Below are positions 48,006-59,250 of a stretch of 64,000 bases of DNA, piece after piece. The stretch's first letter is position 1. The number at the start of each line of letters is the position of its first letter. A program made the translations under genes and the position numbers. The notes under the pieces are model-generated. The model did not search any database and had not been told where the DNA came from. It was given only the letters and a program-made list of their open reading frames with translations. The stretch is from Faecousia sp. (GTDB taxonomy: Bacteria > Bacillota > Clostridia > Oscillospirales > Oscillospiraceae), in the NCBI GenBank assembly GCA_034094395.1, contig JAXEAK010000052.1, positions 3,557-67,556 on the forward strand, given 5' to 3'.

Positions 48006-48251
48006 ATGAAAGTAGTCGTAAAAAAGAAGGAAGGCATCATTCCGGTGCCCATTGAAACGGAATTTATCAAGTTGCAGGACGCCATGAAGCTTGCCAATGC
48101 AGTGGCTTCCGGCGGGGAAGCCAAGGTACTGATTCAGGAGGGACAGGTGCAGGTAAACGGGGAAGTGTGCACCATGCGTGGCAGGAAGCTCCATCCGGGT
48201 GATACCTTTTCCTTTGACGGCACCGGCTACGGAATCACCGCGAAGGCATGA
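48006..48251 (+). CDS. yaaA: S4-domain RNA-binding protein YaaA
   Basis: EFIKLQDAMK..SGGEAK..VNGEV..RGRKL; between dnaN and recF. Confidence 0.9.
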   Translation: MKVVVKKKEGIIPVPIETEFIKLQDAMKLANAVASGGEAKVLIQEGQVQVNGEVCTMRGRKLHPGDTFSFDGTGYGITAKA

Positions 48252-49351
48252 ATCTGAAGACCTTATCTCTGCGGGGATTCCGGAATTATGAGCAGGCACA
48301 GCTGGAATTTGACCCCGGGGTGAACCTGATTGTGGGGGACAATGCCCAGGGAAAGACAAATCTGTTGGAAGCCATCGCTTATCTTGGCTCCGGAAAAAGC
48401 TTCCGCGCCCAGAAAACCGCCGAAATTGTCCGATTTGGCGAAGAATTCGGCGAGATTGAGGGAACGGTATTTTCTCAGAAACGGGAGCAGACGCTGCGGT
48501 TTGTCCTGTTTCCCGGCGCCCGTCCCCGGCAAATCTGGCGCAACGGCGCGAAAAAGAAAACGGCGGCAGACATCGCTGGGGTGCTGCCCACAGTGCTGTT
48601 CTGCCCGGAGGACTTGATGATTCTGAAGCTGGGCGCCAGCCAGCGTCGGCGGTTCGGAGATTCCGGATTATGTCAACTTAGACCCAACTATGACGCCGCC
48701 CTTGCGGAATATAATCGTATTCTGGAGCAGAAAAGCCGGATTCTCAAGGATCATTTTGAAAATCCGTCGGTTTTAGAGGTTCTGCCGGAATTCAATACCC
48801 GGCTCTGTGAGGTGGGCGCGCTGCTGATTTCCTACCGCGCCCGATACTATGACGCACTGGGCAGGGCGGCGGCAGTTTACCATAATCAGTTTTCCGGAGG
48901 CGCAGAAAAATTTGCCCTGTCCTACAAAACCGTGTCCACGGTGTCTGATCCCTTCGCCCCGGTGGCAAAGCTGACGGAAGACCTGCTGGAGCACCAGCAG
49001 CGCCACGGACGGGCAGAACTGGAAACCGGACAGTGTCTGACGGGACCCCACAAGGATGACTTTACCGTGACTCTCTCCGGCATCGACCTGAAGGCTTACG
49101 GCTCTCAGGGACAGACCCGAACGGCTGCCATCAGCTTAAAGCTTGCCCAGCGGGAACTGATGGGCAGGGAGTACGGCGAGGAGCCGGTACTGCTGCTGGA
49201 CGACGTGCTTTCTGAGTTGGATCCCGGGCGGCAGGACTTTGTGCTCAACCAGATCGCTTCCGGCCAGGTGTTCATCACCTGCTGCGAGGAAGGACGGTTT
49301 ACAAAATTGGGAAAAACCATTCCAATTAAAAACGGAAATATTATGATTTAG
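48248..49351 (+). CDS. recF: DNA replication and repair protein RecF
   Basis: FRNY, GDNAQGKTNLLEAI, GPHKDD, SQGQ, LLDDVLSELD. Confidence 0.97.
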   Translation: MNLKTLSLRGFRNYEQAQLEFDPGVNLIVGDNAQGKTNLLEAIAYLGSGKSFRAQKTAEIVRFGEEFGEIEGTVFSQKREQTLRFVLFPGARPRQIWRNGAKKKTAADIAGVLPTVLFCPEDLMILKLGASQRRRFGDSGLCQLRPNYDAALAEYNRILEQKSRILKDHFENPSVLEVLPEFNTRLCEVGALLISYRARYYDALGRAAAVYHNQFSGGAEKFALSYKTVSTVSDPFAPVAKLTEDLLEHQQRHGRAELETGQCLTGPHKDDFTVTLSGIDLKAYGSQGQTRTAAISLKLAQRELMGREYGEEPVLLLDDVLSELDPGRQDFVLNQIASGQVFITCCEEGRFTKLGKTIPIKNGNIMI

Positions 49352-49461
49352 TTGACAGTTGACAATTGACAATTGATAATTATGGTATCGCCTTCGGCGA
49401 TAATTGAAATATGCGCAGAGCACACACCATAACTGTCAACTGTCCACTGTTCACTGTCGAC
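49350..49461. repeat. Heptamer-armed palindromic element
   Basis: AGTTGAC-AGTTGAC-AATTGAC-AATTGAT arms, TATCGCC-ttc-GGCGATA hairpin, ACTGTCA-type return arms. Confidence 0.8.
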
Positions 49462-49483
49462 TCCGACCAAATGGGAGGATTAT

Positions 49484-51415
49484 ATGTCTGACGAAACGAA
49501 AGTAACACAGGAATACAGCGGCTCTCAGATTCAGGTGCTGGAGGGTCTGGAGGCAGTGCGCAAGCGCCCCGGTATGTATATCGGTTCCACTTCCAGCAGT
49601 GGCCTTCACCATCTGGTGTATGAGATTGTAGACAACGCCATTGATGAAGCGTTGGCGGGCTACTGCAAGCACATCACCGTCACCATTAACCCGGGCAACT
49701 CCATCACCGTCACCGATGACGGTCGTGGAATCCCCGTGGATATCCAGCCCCAGACCGGACGGCCTGCGCTTGAAGTGGTTTACACGGTGCTGCACGCCGG
49801 TGGAAAGTTCGGCGGCGGCGGCTATAAGGTGTCCGGTGGCCTGCACGGCGTGGGTGCGTCTGTTGTTAATGCCCTCAGTGAGTGGCTTCGTGTGCGGGTT
49901 CACAAAAACGGGCAAATCTATGAAATGAAGTTCGCCCGGGGCGCCATTACGCAGGAAATGACTGTGGTGGGCAAAACCGACAAGGTGGGCACCGAGGTCA
50001 CCTTCCAGCCTGACCCGGAGATGTTCGACACGCTGGTTTATGACTATGAAATTCTCCACGAGCGGATGCGGGAGGAGGCCTTCCTGAATGCCGGCCTTAC
50101 TATCACTATCACCGATGCTCGGGATGAAGAAAACAGAATCAGTGAAACCATGTGCTATGAGGGCGGCATCCGGGAATTTGCCGCCTGGTGCAACCGTAAT
50201 AAAACCCCTCTGACCGATGATGTGATCTATATGCGGGGCAGCAAGGGGGACGCCTCCGCGGAAATCGCCGTGCAGTACAACGACGGCTATCAGGAATTTA
50301 TGCTGTCCTTTGCCAACGACGTGCGTACTCCGGAGGGCGGTATGCACGAGACGGGTTTCAAAACCGCGCTGACCCGGGTACTCAACGCCTATGGCGTGAA
50401 AAACGGCATTATCAAGGGTGACGACAAGGTAAGCGGCGAGGACTGCCGGGAGGGCATCACCGCCATTATCTCCGTGAAGCTGACGGATGCCCAGTTTGAA
50501 GGACAGACCAAGGCCAAATTGGGCAACGCCTATATCCGGACTTTGGTTGACCAGATTGTCAACGACCAGCTGACCACTTATTTTGAAGAGCATCCCCAGA
50601 CCGCCAAGGCGATTCTCGATAAAGCCATGATGGCAAACCGGGCAAGAGAAGCCGCCCGGAAGGCGCGGGATTCCATCCGTCGGAAAACCGGTCTGGAGTC
50701 CGGTCAGATGCCGGATAAATTGCAGGACTGCAATGAACGTGACCCGGAACTGTGCGAAATCTACATCGTCGAGGGCGACTCCGCTGCCGGCTCCGCCATT
50801 CAGGGACGGGACTCCCGGTTCCAGGCAATCCTCGCCATGTGGGGCAAAATGCTCAACGTGGAAAAGGCCAGAGCCGACAAGATTTACGGCAACGACAAGC
50901 TGTATCCCCTGATTGTGGCTTTGGGCGCGGGCATCGGCGACGAATTTGATTTGAACAAGCTGCGCTATCACAAGGTGGTCATTATGTCCGATGCCGATGT
51001 GGACGGCGCGCACATCCGCACGCTGCTGCTGACCTTCTTCTTCCGGTATATGCGCCCGCTGATTGAGAACGGCTATGTCTATTCCGCCGTGCCGCCGCTG
51101 TACAAGCTGACCCGTGGAAAGACCGTGAAGGTTGCCTATTCCGACGAGCAGCGGGATATGATTTCTTCTCAGATGCGCGCAGACAATCCCAACGCCAAGG
51201 TGGACATCAGCCGGTTTAAGGGTCTGGGCGAAATGGATCCCCACGAGTTGTGGGAGACGACTATGGATCCGGAAAAGCGGACGCTCCGCCGGATTACTCT
51301 GGAGGATGCCCGCCGGGCGGACGAAATCTTCACCGTTCTCATGGGCGAGCAGGTGGAGCCGAGAAAAGAATGGATCGAGCGCAACGCGAAGTACGCGGTA
51401 AATATTGATATCTAA
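49484..51415 (+). CDS. gyrB: DNA gyrase subunit B
   Basis: LEAVRKRPGMYIG, LHAGGKF, VEGDSA, DADVDGAHI, RFKGLGEM. Confidence 0.97.
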   Translation: MSDETKVTQEYSGSQIQVLEGLEAVRKRPGMYIGSTSSSGLHHLVYEIVDNAIDEALAGYCKHITVTINPGNSITVTDDGRGIPVDIQPQTGRPALEVVYTVLHAGGKFGGGGYKVSGGLHGVGASVVNALSEWLRVRVHKNGQIYEMKFARGAITQEMTVVGKTDKVGTEVTFQPDPEMFDTLVYDYEILHERMREEAFLNAGLTITITDARDEENRISETMCYEGGIREFAAWCNRNKTPLTDDVIYMRGSKGDASAEIAVQYNDGYQEFMLSFANDVRTPEGGMHETGFKTALTRVLNAYGVKNGIIKGDDKVSGEDCREGITAIISVKLTDAQFEGQTKAKLGNAYIRTLVDQIVNDQLTTYFEEHPQTAKAILDKAMMANRAREAARKARDSIRRKTGLESGQMPDKLQDCNERDPELCEIYIVEGDSAAGSAIQGRDSRFQAILAMWGKMLNVEKARADKIYGNDKLYPLIVALGAGIGDEFDLNKLRYHKVVIMSDADVDGAHIRTLLLTFFFRYMRPLIENGYVYSAVPPLYKLTRGKTVKVAYSDEQRDMISSQMRADNPNAKVDISRFKGLGEMDPHELWETTMDPEKRTLRRITLEDARRADEIFTVLMGEQVEPRKEWIERNAKYAVNIDI

Positions 51416-51420
51416 ATAAA

Positions 51421-51535
51421 AGGCTTCCCCTTTTGGGAAGCTGGCAAAAATCTTTGATTTTTGACGGAAGAGGAATCTTATAAATACCTCTTCCGACTCG
51501 CCTATGGCGAGCCACCTTCCCCAGAGGGGAAGGCA
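51421..51535. repeat. GCCTTCCCC...GGGGAAGGC palindromic element
   Basis: Terminal hairpins GCTTCCC-ctttt-GGGAAGC and CCTTCCCC-aga-GGGGAAGG with internal GGAAGAGG/CCTCTTCC stem. Confidence 0.75.
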
Positions 51536-51576
51536 ATGCGGCTTTGCCGCATAATCTTAAGGTGGAGGTGCTTTCT

Positions 51577-54075
51577 TTGGCACATAACCGCAGTTACAAA
51601 CCCGAGGACATCCGTTTCCCGGATCAGGTGATCACCCAGAGCAATCTGGTGGACGAAATGGAGAAGTCCTATATTGAGTACGCCATGTCCGTCATTGTCG
51701 GACGTGCCCTGCCGGATGTTCGGGACGGGCTGAAGCCCGTCCACCGCCGGATTCTTTACACCATGTACGAAAGCGGCCTGACCTCCGACAAGCCCTTTAA
51801 GAAGTCGGCCACCTGCGTCGGTGATGTTCTGGGTAAATACCATCCCCATGGCGACGCGTCGGTTTACGATGCCATGGTGCGCCTTGCTCAGGACTTTTCC
51901 ATGCGCTATATGCTGGTGGACGGCCATGGCAACTTCGGCTCCGTGGACGGCGATCCTCCGGCAGCTTACCGTTATACCGAAGCCCGCTTGAGCAAAATTT
52001 CCAACGAGATGCTCCGGGACATCGATAAGGACACGGTGGATTGGGATCCCAACTTTGATGAAACCCGAAAAGAACCCCGGGTGCTGCCCAGCCGGTTCCC
52101 TAATCTGCTGGTGAACGGCTCCAGCGGCATCGCCGTGGGTATGGCCACCAATATCCCGCCCCATAATCTTACCGAGGTGATCAACGCCTGCGTCTGTGTG
52201 CTGGACGATCCGGAAGCTACCATGTCTGATCTGATGGAGCATATTTCCGGCCCGGATTTTCCCACCGGCGGCATTATCATGGGACGCAGCGGCATCCGCG
52301 CAGCCTACGCCACCGGCCGGGGTAAGGTCGTTGTCCGCGCCCGGACGGAATTTGAGGAGTTCGGAAAGGATCGGACGCGGATCATCGTCACCGAGCTGCC
52401 CTATCAGGTGAATAAGCGGCAGCTGATTAAGAATATCGCCGATCAGGTGAAGGATAAGCGTCTGGACGGCATTTCCGACCTCCGGGACGAGACTGACCGC
52501 AACGGTATGCGTGTTGTCATCGAATTGAAGAAGGACGCCAATCCTCAGGTGGTACTCAACAACCTGTTCAAGCAGACCGCACTGCAATCTAGCTTTGGAA
52601 TCATCATGCTGGCGCTGGTGGATAACCAGATGCAGCCGAAGATTCTGTCCCTGCGGCAGATTATCGACGAGTACCTGAAGCATCAGGAGGAAGTTCTCAC
52701 CCGCAGAACCCAGTATGATCTGCGCAAGGCACGGGAGCGGGCACATTTGCTTGAGGGTCTTCTGATTGCTCAGGATAATATTGACGAGGTTATTCACATT
52801 ATCCGCTCTGCCTACGACGATGCCAAGCAGCGTCTGATGGATAGATTTTCTCTGGACGATATTCAGGCGCAGGCCATTCTGGATATGCGCTTAAAAGCCT
52901 TGCAGGGTCTTGATCGGGAAAAGCTGCAGGCGGAGTATGATGATCTCATGGAGAAGATCCAATACTATCTGGAGCTGCTGGCGGACGAAGGCAAACTGAA
53001 GGCCGTCCTTCGGCAAGAGCTGATCGAAATTCGGGACAAGTTCGGCGATGACCGGAAAACCGAAATTCAGGAGATTGAGGACGAAATCGACATTGAAGAT
53101 CTGATCGAGGAGGAAACCTGCGCCTTCACCCTGTCCAATCACGGCTACATCAAGCGGATGCCCGTGGACACCTACCGCACCCAGAGCCGGGGCGGTCGGG
53201 GGGTGAACGCCCAGAATCTGAAGGAGGAGGACTTTGTCAAGTCCCTGACCATTGCCTCCACTCATGACTATATGCTGTTCTTCACCGATCTTGGCAGAGT
53301 TCATCTGCGCAAGGGCTATCAGATTCCCGAGGCCGGACGCACAGCCCGGGGCACCGCCATAGTGAACGTGCTGCCGCTGGAACCCGGCGAGTCTGTCACC
53401 GCTATGGTGATTACCCGGGAGTTTGATGACAACGAGTTCCTGATGATGGTGACCCGGAAGGGCACCGTCAAGCGGATCCCAGTCGTCGCCCTGAAGACCA
53501 ACCGGAAGGCAGGCATCCGCGCCATCACCCTGGACGAGGACGATCACTTGATCAATGTGATTCGTACGGGCGGCAATGACGACATTCTGCTGGCAACGGC
53601 GCAAGGCATGGCTATTTGTTTTAACGAAAATGACGTGCGCCCCATGGGTCGGGACGCGGCAGGCGTTCGTGGCATTCTGCTCACCGGAGACGATTATGTG
53701 GTGGGCGCGGAGAAGGCGGAGGAGGGCAAGACCCTGCTCACCGTCACCGTCAATGGTTACGGCAAGCGCACGGAGTTGTCGGAGTACCTGCGTACCGGCG
53801 CCAATGGCGAGAAGTGCGCCCAGAGTCGGGGCGGTAAGGGTCTGAAGAACTACAACATCACCCCCAAGACCGGCAACGTGGCCGGCTGCCGGGTGGTGGG
53901 CGAGAATGACGATGTGATGCTGATTGAAAACGGCGGCGTGATCATCCGCATTCCCGCCTCCTCCATCAACGTCTACAAGCGGGATGTGCAGGGCGTTATT
54001 GTTATGCGCATCGAGGAGGGCAATCAGGTGGTATCTCTGGAGCGGGTAGAGAAAGAGGAAGAGGTTACCCAGTGA
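51577..54075 (+). CDS. gyrA: DNA gyrase subunit A
   Basis: [39 protein letters not shown], GyrA-box QSRGGRG; GGAGG RBS before TTG. Confidence 0.97.
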   Translation: MAHNRSYKPEDIRFPDQVITQSNLVDEMEKSYIEYAMSVIVGRALPDVRDGLKPVHRRILYTMYESGLTSDKPFKKSATCVGDVLGKYHPHGDASVYDAMVRLAQDFSMRYMLVDGHGNFGSVDGDPPAAYRYTEARLSKISNEMLRDIDKDTVDWDPNFDETRKEPRVLPSRFPNLLVNGSSGIAVGMATNIPPHNLTEVINACVCVLDDPEATMSDLMEHISGPDFPTGGIIMGRSGIRAAYATGRGKVVVRARTEFEEFGKDRTRIIVTELPYQVNKRQLIKNIADQVKDKRLDGISDLRDETDRNGMRVVIELKKDANPQVVLNNLFKQTALQSSFGIIMLALVDNQMQPKILSLRQIIDEYLKHQEEVLTRRTQYDLRKARERAHLLEGLLIAQDNIDEVIHIIRSAYDDAKQRLMDRFSLDDIQAQAILDMRLKALQGLDREKLQAEYDDLMEKIQYYLELLADEGKLKAVLRQELIEIRDKFGDDRKTEIQEIEDEIDIEDLIEEETCAFTLSNHGYIKRMPVDTYRTQSRGGRGVNAQNLKEEDFVKSLTIASTHDYMLFFTDLGRVHLRKGYQIPEAGRTARGTAIVNVLPLEPGESVTAMVITREFDDNEFLMMVTRKGTVKRIPVVALKTNRKAGIRAITLDEDDHLINVIRTGGNDDILLATAQGMAICFNENDVRPMGRDAAGVRGILLTGDDYVVGAEKAEEGKTLLTVTVNGYGKRTELSEYLRTGANGEKCAQSRGGKGLKNYNITPKTGNVAGCRVVGENDDVMLIENGGVIIRIPASSINVYKRDVQGVIVMRIEEGNQVVSLERVEKEEEVTQ

Positions 54076-54509
54076 AAACCGTAACCCTTTACACCGACGG
54101 TGCCTGCTCCGGTAACCCAGGCCCCGGCGGCTGGGGGGCAATTCTGGAATTTAACGGGGTGGAAAAGGAGCTTTCCGGCGGGGAAAGCAATACCACCAAT
54201 AACCGTATGGAGTTGACTGCGGTCATTCGCGGGCTGGAAGCGCTGAAGGAACCCTGTATCGTGGAGTTGTATTCCGATTCCAAATATGTCATCGACGCGC
54301 TGGAAAAGGGCTGGGCGTGGGGCTGGAAGAAGCGTGGCTGGGTGAAGTCCGACAAAAAGCCCGCGCTGAATCCCGATTTGTGGGAGACGCTTCTGAGTCT
54401 GACGCAAAAACACGAGCTTCACTGCCACTGGGTCAAGGGTCATGCCGACAATCCCAAGAATAACCGCTGTGATGAAATGGCGGTTGCGGAGTGGAAAAAA
54501 CGGAAATAA
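54072..54509 (+). CDS. rnhA: Ribonuclease HI
   Basis: [32 protein letters not shown]. Confidence 0.96.
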   Translation: MKTVTLYTDGACSGNPGPGGWGAILEFNGVEKELSGGESNTTNNRMELTAVIRGLEALKEPCIVELYSDSKYVIDALEKGWAWGWKKRGWVKSDKKPALNPDLWETLLSLTQKHELHCHWVKGHADNPKNNRCDEMAVAEWKKRK

Positions 54510-54548
54510 AACCGTCCACTAGTGGGGAGAAGACTAACGGAGGATTTT

Positions 54549-54791
54549 ATGTATTTATCCATCGGCAACGACATGGCGGTGCGGGAAAAATCCATCATCG
54601 GCATTTTTGATCTGGATAACACCTCCACCTCCAAACGCACCCGGGAATTTCTGGAAAAGAGCGAGGAAAACGGTGAGGTAGTCCCCTGCGACGAACTGCC
54701 GAAGTCTTTCCTTTTGACCAGTGAGTATGGCTTTACCCGGGTCAGGCTGACCTCCCTCAACGCGGCAACTCTGGAAAAACGACTGAAATAA
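54549..54791 (+). CDS. remB: DUF370 / RemB family protein
   Basis: MYLSIGND..IIGIFDLD..PKSF..TLEKR. Confidence 0.8.
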   Translation: MYLSIGNDMAVREKSIIGIFDLDNTSTSKRTREFLEKSEENGEVVPCDELPKSFLLTSEYGFTRVRLTSLNAATLEKRLK

Positions 54792-54795
54792 CCAC

Positions 54796-55020
54796 GGGGC
54801 GGGTCATTTGACCCGCCCTACAATCATAATGAGGTAACGATACCGAGCGGTACCCAATGGCGTAGCGACAACAGAACACCTGGACACGCATTGTCAGCGG
54901 CCACTGGCCGCATCACGGATAGCGGGATAAATGATAGCGGGGGTAACGATACCGAGCGGTACCCAATGGCGTAGCGACAACAGAACATCTGGGCACGCAT
55001 TGTCAGCGGCCACTGGCCGC
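54796..55020 (+). repeat. REP-like hairpin followed by two tandem copies (109-bp period) of the CGATACCGAGC element
   Basis: GGGCGGGTCA-tt-TGACCCGCCC-TAC, then near-identical ~79-nt units at 54833 and 54942. Confidence 0.9.
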
Positions 55021-55106
55021 CCAAAAATTAAAGAAATATTTGCAGACAAGGGAAGCTTTTTGTGTTATACTATTACAATCTATGGTAATCAAAAGGAGGG
55101 CTTCCT

Positions 55107-56288
55107 TTGAAATATTGGTTTGGCTATCTGACTGCCGGCATTTTAGCCGCCTTGACCTGGGTGCTTGCCCAGTTTGGACAGCGGTACGCCACACTGGTGG
55201 ATATGGTGTACCCTTACGTTGACCGCGCTCTGCAGGAAATGCTGGCTAAGTGGACGTCCCAGGTCAGCTATCCCGTGTGGCAGTTGCTGGCGGTGGTGCT
55301 TGGCGTGCTGATTCTTGCAAGCATCGTGCTGATGATCGTACTGAAATGGAACCCCGTCCAGTGGGCAGGCTGGGTGCTGGCGGTATTCGCCGGGATCTAC
55401 CTGATGAACACCTTGATGTGGGGCATGAATTACTATGCCGGCTCTCTGGCGGACGATATGCGTCTGGAAGTCTCCAGCTATAATCTGGACGAACTGACGG
55501 AAGCCACCGAATATTACCGGGACAAGGCCAATGCGCTTGCAGGCAAGGTCAACCGGGACGCAAATGGCAACGTGGAGTTCGCGGATTTTGAAACCCTGGC
55601 GGAGAAGGCCGGGGAGGGCTTCCATACCCTGACCTATGAAAATCACTATCCCGTGTTTGCCGGCTGCACCCTTCCGGTGAAGAAGCTGGACTGGGCGGAT
55701 ATGTACACTTCCATGGGCATCACCGGTTATACCTTCGGTATCACCGGCGAGGCCTGTGTCAATCCCCAGATTCCCGACGTGCTGCTGCCATTTACCATGG
55801 CGCACGAAATGTCTCACCGGATGTGTATTGCCTCCGAACGGGACGCCAATTTCGCTGCGTTTCTGGCCTGCAGCGTCCATTCCGACCCGGAATTTCAGTA
55901 TTCCGCCTATTTTATGGCCTTCCGCTATTGCTACATCGCGCTCAGCAGCGTGAATACTCAGGCCGCCGCGGCGGCGGCCGCCCGGGTGAAGCAGGGCATC
56001 GGTGAGGAACTGCGCAGAGACTGGAATGCCTACGACGCCTTCTTCAGCCAGAAGCAGGACACCCGGGCAACACAGCTTGCCGATACGGTGAACGACACCT
56101 ATTTGAAGACCAGCGGGGAGAAGAGCGGAATCGGCTCCTACGCCGAGGTCTGTGATCTGCTGGTGAACTGGCACATTCAGACAGTGGTGCTGCCCTCCAT
56201 TACCGTGGAGAAGTCCTATTTTGATCCCTACGACGAAACTATGGTGGATTTGTCCGGCATCGTCAACGCCAAGGGAGGTATCGGCTGA
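55107..56288 (+). CDS. DUF3810-like membrane protein with HExxH motif
   Basis: N-terminal TMs, WGMNY, GITG..TGEA, AHEMSH, ERDANF. Confidence 0.8.
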   Translation: MKYWFGYLTAGILAALTWVLAQFGQRYATLVDMVYPYVDRALQEMLAKWTSQVSYPVWQLLAVVLGVLILASIVLMIVLKWNPVQWAGWVLAVFAGIYLMNTLMWGMNYYAGSLADDMRLEVSSYNLDELTEATEYYRDKANALAGKVNRDANGNVEFADFETLAEKAGEGFHTLTYENHYPVFAGCTLPVKKLDWADMYTSMGITGYTFGITGEACVNPQIPDVLLPFTMAHEMSHRMCIASERDANFAAFLACSVHSDPEFQYSAYFMAFRYCYIALSSVNTQAAAAAAARVKQGIGEELRRDWNAYDAFFSQKQDTRATQLADTVNDTYLKTSGEKSGIGSYAEVCDLLVNWHIQTVVLPSITVEKSYFDPYDETMVDLSGIVNAKGGIG

Positions 56289-56980
56289 TGGAGCAGACGC
56301 TGCAGGCGGGTCTGACAGAGTTGGGGCTTTCTCTTCGGACGGAGCAGCAGGAAAAGCTGTGCGCCTTTGCCAGAGCCATGGTAAAAAAGAACGAGGTGAT
56401 GAACCTCACCGCCATCACAGAAGAAACTCAGGTGGCGAAACTTCATCTGCTGGACAGCTTGACGGTGCTGTGCTGCGCCGATCTGAAGGGAAAACGGCTG
56501 ATTGACGTGGGCTGCGGCGCGGGATTCCCCGGGGTGCCGCTGGCCATTGCCTGCCCCGAGGCGGAGATCACCCTGCTGGACTCTCTGGGCAAGCGGATGG
56601 CGTGGCTGGAGGAAATTCTGCCCCAGCTGGATATTCCCGCCGAGTGCGTCACTGCCCGGGCGGAGGAGGCGGTAGCGCAGCGTCGGGAAAGCTACGATTT
56701 TGCTACTTCCCGGGCAGTCGCCCGGCTGAATATCCTGCTGGAGTTGACCGCACCTTACGTCAAGGTAGGCGGCGCGGTGTTGGCCATGAAGGGCGCAGCG
56801 GCGCGGGAAGAGCTTACGGAGGCCGGCGGTGCCATCAAAAAGCTGGGGCTGAAGCTGGAGCAGGTACGGGAATTTCCTGTGGACGGCACATCCCACGCGG
56901 TTATCGTCCTGCGGAAAATCGCCCCTACTCCAAAGCAGTATCCCAGAAGGTACGCGAAAATCAAGCAATCACCATTATAA
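56288..56980 (+). CDS. rsmG: 16S rRNA m7G527 methyltransferase
   Basis: NEVMNLTAI, HLLDSL, DVGCGAGFPG, SRAVA, TPKQYPR. Confidence 0.96.
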   Translation: MEQTLQAGLTELGLSLRTEQQEKLCAFARAMVKKNEVMNLTAITEETQVAKLHLLDSLTVLCCADLKGKRLIDVGCGAGFPGVPLAIACPEAEITLLDSLGKRMAWLEEILPQLDIPAECVTARAEEAVAQRRESYDFATSRAVARLNILLELTAPYVKVGGAVLAMKGAAAREELTEAGGAIKKLGLKLEQVREFPVDGTSHAVIVLRKIAPTPKQYPRRYAKIKQSPL

Positions 56981-57009
56981 AAACCAGCAGACAAAATCTG
57001 CTGGTTTTT
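56979..57009 (+). terminator. Intrinsic terminator
   Basis: AAAAACCAGCAGA-caaaa-TCTGCTGGTTTTT. Confidence 0.8.
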
Positions 57010-57113
57010 CAGTTGATGGGAAAATTACAATTGCCAACGGATAAAAGTGATTGCACAATTCCAATGAAATTGCTATAATGGTGGAAGAATTGAAGCAATA
57101 TTGGGGAATTTTT

Positions 57114-57791
57114 ATGGAAATCTTTTTAAGTCTGTGTTTTGGCTATGTGCTGGGATGCCTGAACCCGGCGGCGTGGATCGGAAAATGGAAACACGTGAAT
57201 CTGAAGCAGGCGGGCACCGGTAACTTAGGCGCCACCAATACCACCATGGTGCTGGGACGGAAGGCGGGCGCCTTCGTGCTGGTGGTGGATGTGCTCAAAT
57301 CCTATCTGTCTGCCCGGCTGGCGCAGTGGATGTTCCCCCAGTTGGCGGTGGCGGGGATGGTGGGCAGCATCGGCGCCATTCTGGGGCACTGCTTCCCGTT
57401 GACCATGCACTTTTCCGGCGGCAAGGGGCTGGCGGCCTTCGGCGGTATGATTCTGGCGTATAATCCTCTGATTTTCGGGATTTGTCTGATTGTTTGCATT
57501 ACCGTGATGGTACTGCTGGATGTGGGTGTTGCCGCGCCGCTGCTGGGTACGGTGCTGTTCCCGGCGTTGACCTACACCTTCAGCCATGACGCGGCGGCTA
57601 CGGCCTGTGCGGCAGTTGCCGGCGTTATCATCGCCTTTACTCATCTGGATAATGTGCGAAAAACCCGGAATAAGTCCGATGTAAAGGTACATAATTATTT
57701 CCGGGAAGTTTTGTTTTCCCGAAAAAAGAGCGGGAATACGGAAGGACAGCCTTCCAAAGAAGACATCCGCCCAAAAGGCGGAAACCGGTAA
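57114..57791 (+). CDS. plsY: Glycerol-3-phosphate acyltransferase PlsY family
   Basis: GTGNLGATN, DVLK, GHCFP..GGKG, HLDN. Confidence 0.85.
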   Translation: MEIFLSLCFGYVLGCLNPAAWIGKWKHVNLKQAGTGNLGATNTTMVLGRKAGAFVLVVDVLKSYLSARLAQWMFPQLAVAGMVGSIGAILGHCFPLTMHFSGGKGLAAFGGMILAYNPLIFGICLIVCITVMVLLDVGVAAPLLGTVLFPALTYTFSHDAAATACAAVAGVIIAFTHLDNVRKTRNKSDVKVHNYFREVLFSRKKSGNTEGQPSKEDIRPKGGNR

Positions 57792-57835
57792 AAAATACGC
57801 TTTATGAGGATAATTCATCATAAAGCGTATTTTTT
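57790..57835. terminator. Bidirectional terminator
   Basis: AAAAAATACGCTTTATGA...TCATAAAGCGTATTTTTT. Confidence 0.8.
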
Positions 57836-57836
57836 A

Positions 57837-59042
57837 TTATCCTTCTACCACAATCACCTTGCGCTTGCAGGTGCCCACATTGCCGGAACTATCCGTGGAA
57901 GAATAGGTAATATAATAGGTTCCGGGCTTGCTCAGATCCAGCGTGGAGGTGTCCACGGTGATCTCACACTTGGGATCAATGTCATCCTTGGCTGTGACCC
58001 CCTTCAGAAAATCCGGGTTGGAATTCACCGTCACCCGAATGTCGGCAGAGGCGCCGGAAATCACCGGGGCGCTGAGATTTTTGGATACCCACAGGGTCGC
58101 CTCCTGCTGTGTCACGTTGCCGCTGGAGTCCTTGGCCTCAATAGTGACGGTGTAGGTGCCCTGCTTCTTCATATCCGGTAGTTCGCCCGTCAGGTATACC
58201 TCCGGTTCACCGGACAGGTCGGTTGCGGAGGTCACAAAGTCGGTGACGGCCACGGAATCGCCGGGGAAGCGGCGGACGGACTGCACCGTCAGCGTGGGGG
58301 GTGTGGTGTCCTTCACCGTGACGGTGCACTGGGCAGTGGCACCGCCGGTGTCCACAGTGAGCACGTGTTCACCCAGAGTCGCACCGATGTCCTTCGTATC
58401 TTTCAGGAATGGAGCGTCCTTCTGAGGATCCAGCAGCACCATCTCCGGAGTCAGTTCCTGCCCCAGCTCCAGCGTGCAGGTCTCCTTCAGCCAGCCGGTA
58501 AAGTGGAGAACGCAGCTGCCTTCCACGGCATTGCCGCTGGTATCCTCCACCACTACGGTAACGGTGGTGTCGCTGTAATCCCCGGGAACCGACGGATCCT
58601 GAGAATAGTAGGTGCGAACCTGAGAAAAGTCCTTTACACTCTCTACCAGCGCGCCTGCCTGGGGCAGATCGTCCGGCAGTGCGACGGTGTATTCCGGGAG
58701 AAATACGACCTCGGGGGGCGTAGTGTCCTCCACGGTGAGACTGACCACATAGGTTTTCACGCCGTGCTTCAGCGTGACAGTGGTCTGTCCCACGGTGGAC
58801 AGGTCGATGGTATTCGGATCGGTGACGAAGGACGCCCGAGAGGGTTTGCCCTTTTCCGTCAGGAAGTCCCGGATGTCCAGGGTCTGCTGCCCCAGTTCAA
58901 CGGTCACGTCGTGAAACACCTGCTGGGAATCGCCCCAGAGGATATAGAGCATCCAGCCCACCAAAGCGCCAAGCAGCAGCACAATCAGTAGCAGAATGGG
59001 AATTAATGGGGAGCGATGCCGGTTTTGTCTGGGATTTGTCAT
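57837..59042 (-). CDS. Membrane-anchored protein with tandem bacterial Ig-like (DUF5011-like) repeats
   Basis: N-terminal TM; repeated VxDTTPP, DxSGN, GTYxxT motifs. Confidence 0.75.
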   Translation of the reverse strand: MTNPRQNRHRSPLIPILLLIVLLLGALVGWMLYILWGDSQQVFHDVTVELGQQTLDIRDFLTEKGKPSRASFVTDPNTIDLSTVGQTTVTLKHGVKTYVVSLTVEDTTPPEVVFLPEYTVALPDDLPQAGALVESVKDFSQVRTYYSQDPSVPGDYSDTTVTVVVEDTSGNAVEGSCVLHFTGWLKETCTLELGQELTPEMVLLDPQKDAPFLKDTKDIGATLGEHVLTVDTGGATAQCTVTVKDTTPPTLTVQSVRRFPGDSVAVTDFVTSATDLSGEPEVYLTGELPDMKKQGTYTVTIEAKDSSGNVTQQEATLWVSKNLSAPVISGASADIRVTVNSNPDFLKGVTAKDDIDPKCEITVDTSTLDLSKPGTYYITYSSTDSSGNVGTCKRKVIVVEG

Positions 59043-59136
59043 GATAATCTCTCTTTTCCGGAGTTTGAAAATGCGAAGTATATTATACCTCTGTAAGGCG
59101 GAAATGTCAACGAAGCCCGGTGCCGCTGCATGGCAA

Positions 59137-59250
59137 AGGGGAGGGTCAATGACCCTCCCCTATAGCATTTTAGGACGATAACGGGCGGTACCCGACAGGT
59201 TTACGAATCCTGATCCGCCGGGCACCCATTGCCAGCGGCAGCCGGCCGCT
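59137..59250 (+). repeat. REP-like hairpin plus diverged CGATACCGAGC element
   Basis: GGGGAGGGTCA-a-TGACCCTCCCC, then CGATAACGGGCGGTACCC..GGGCACCCATTGCCAGCGGCAGCCGGCCGC. Confidence 0.75.
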
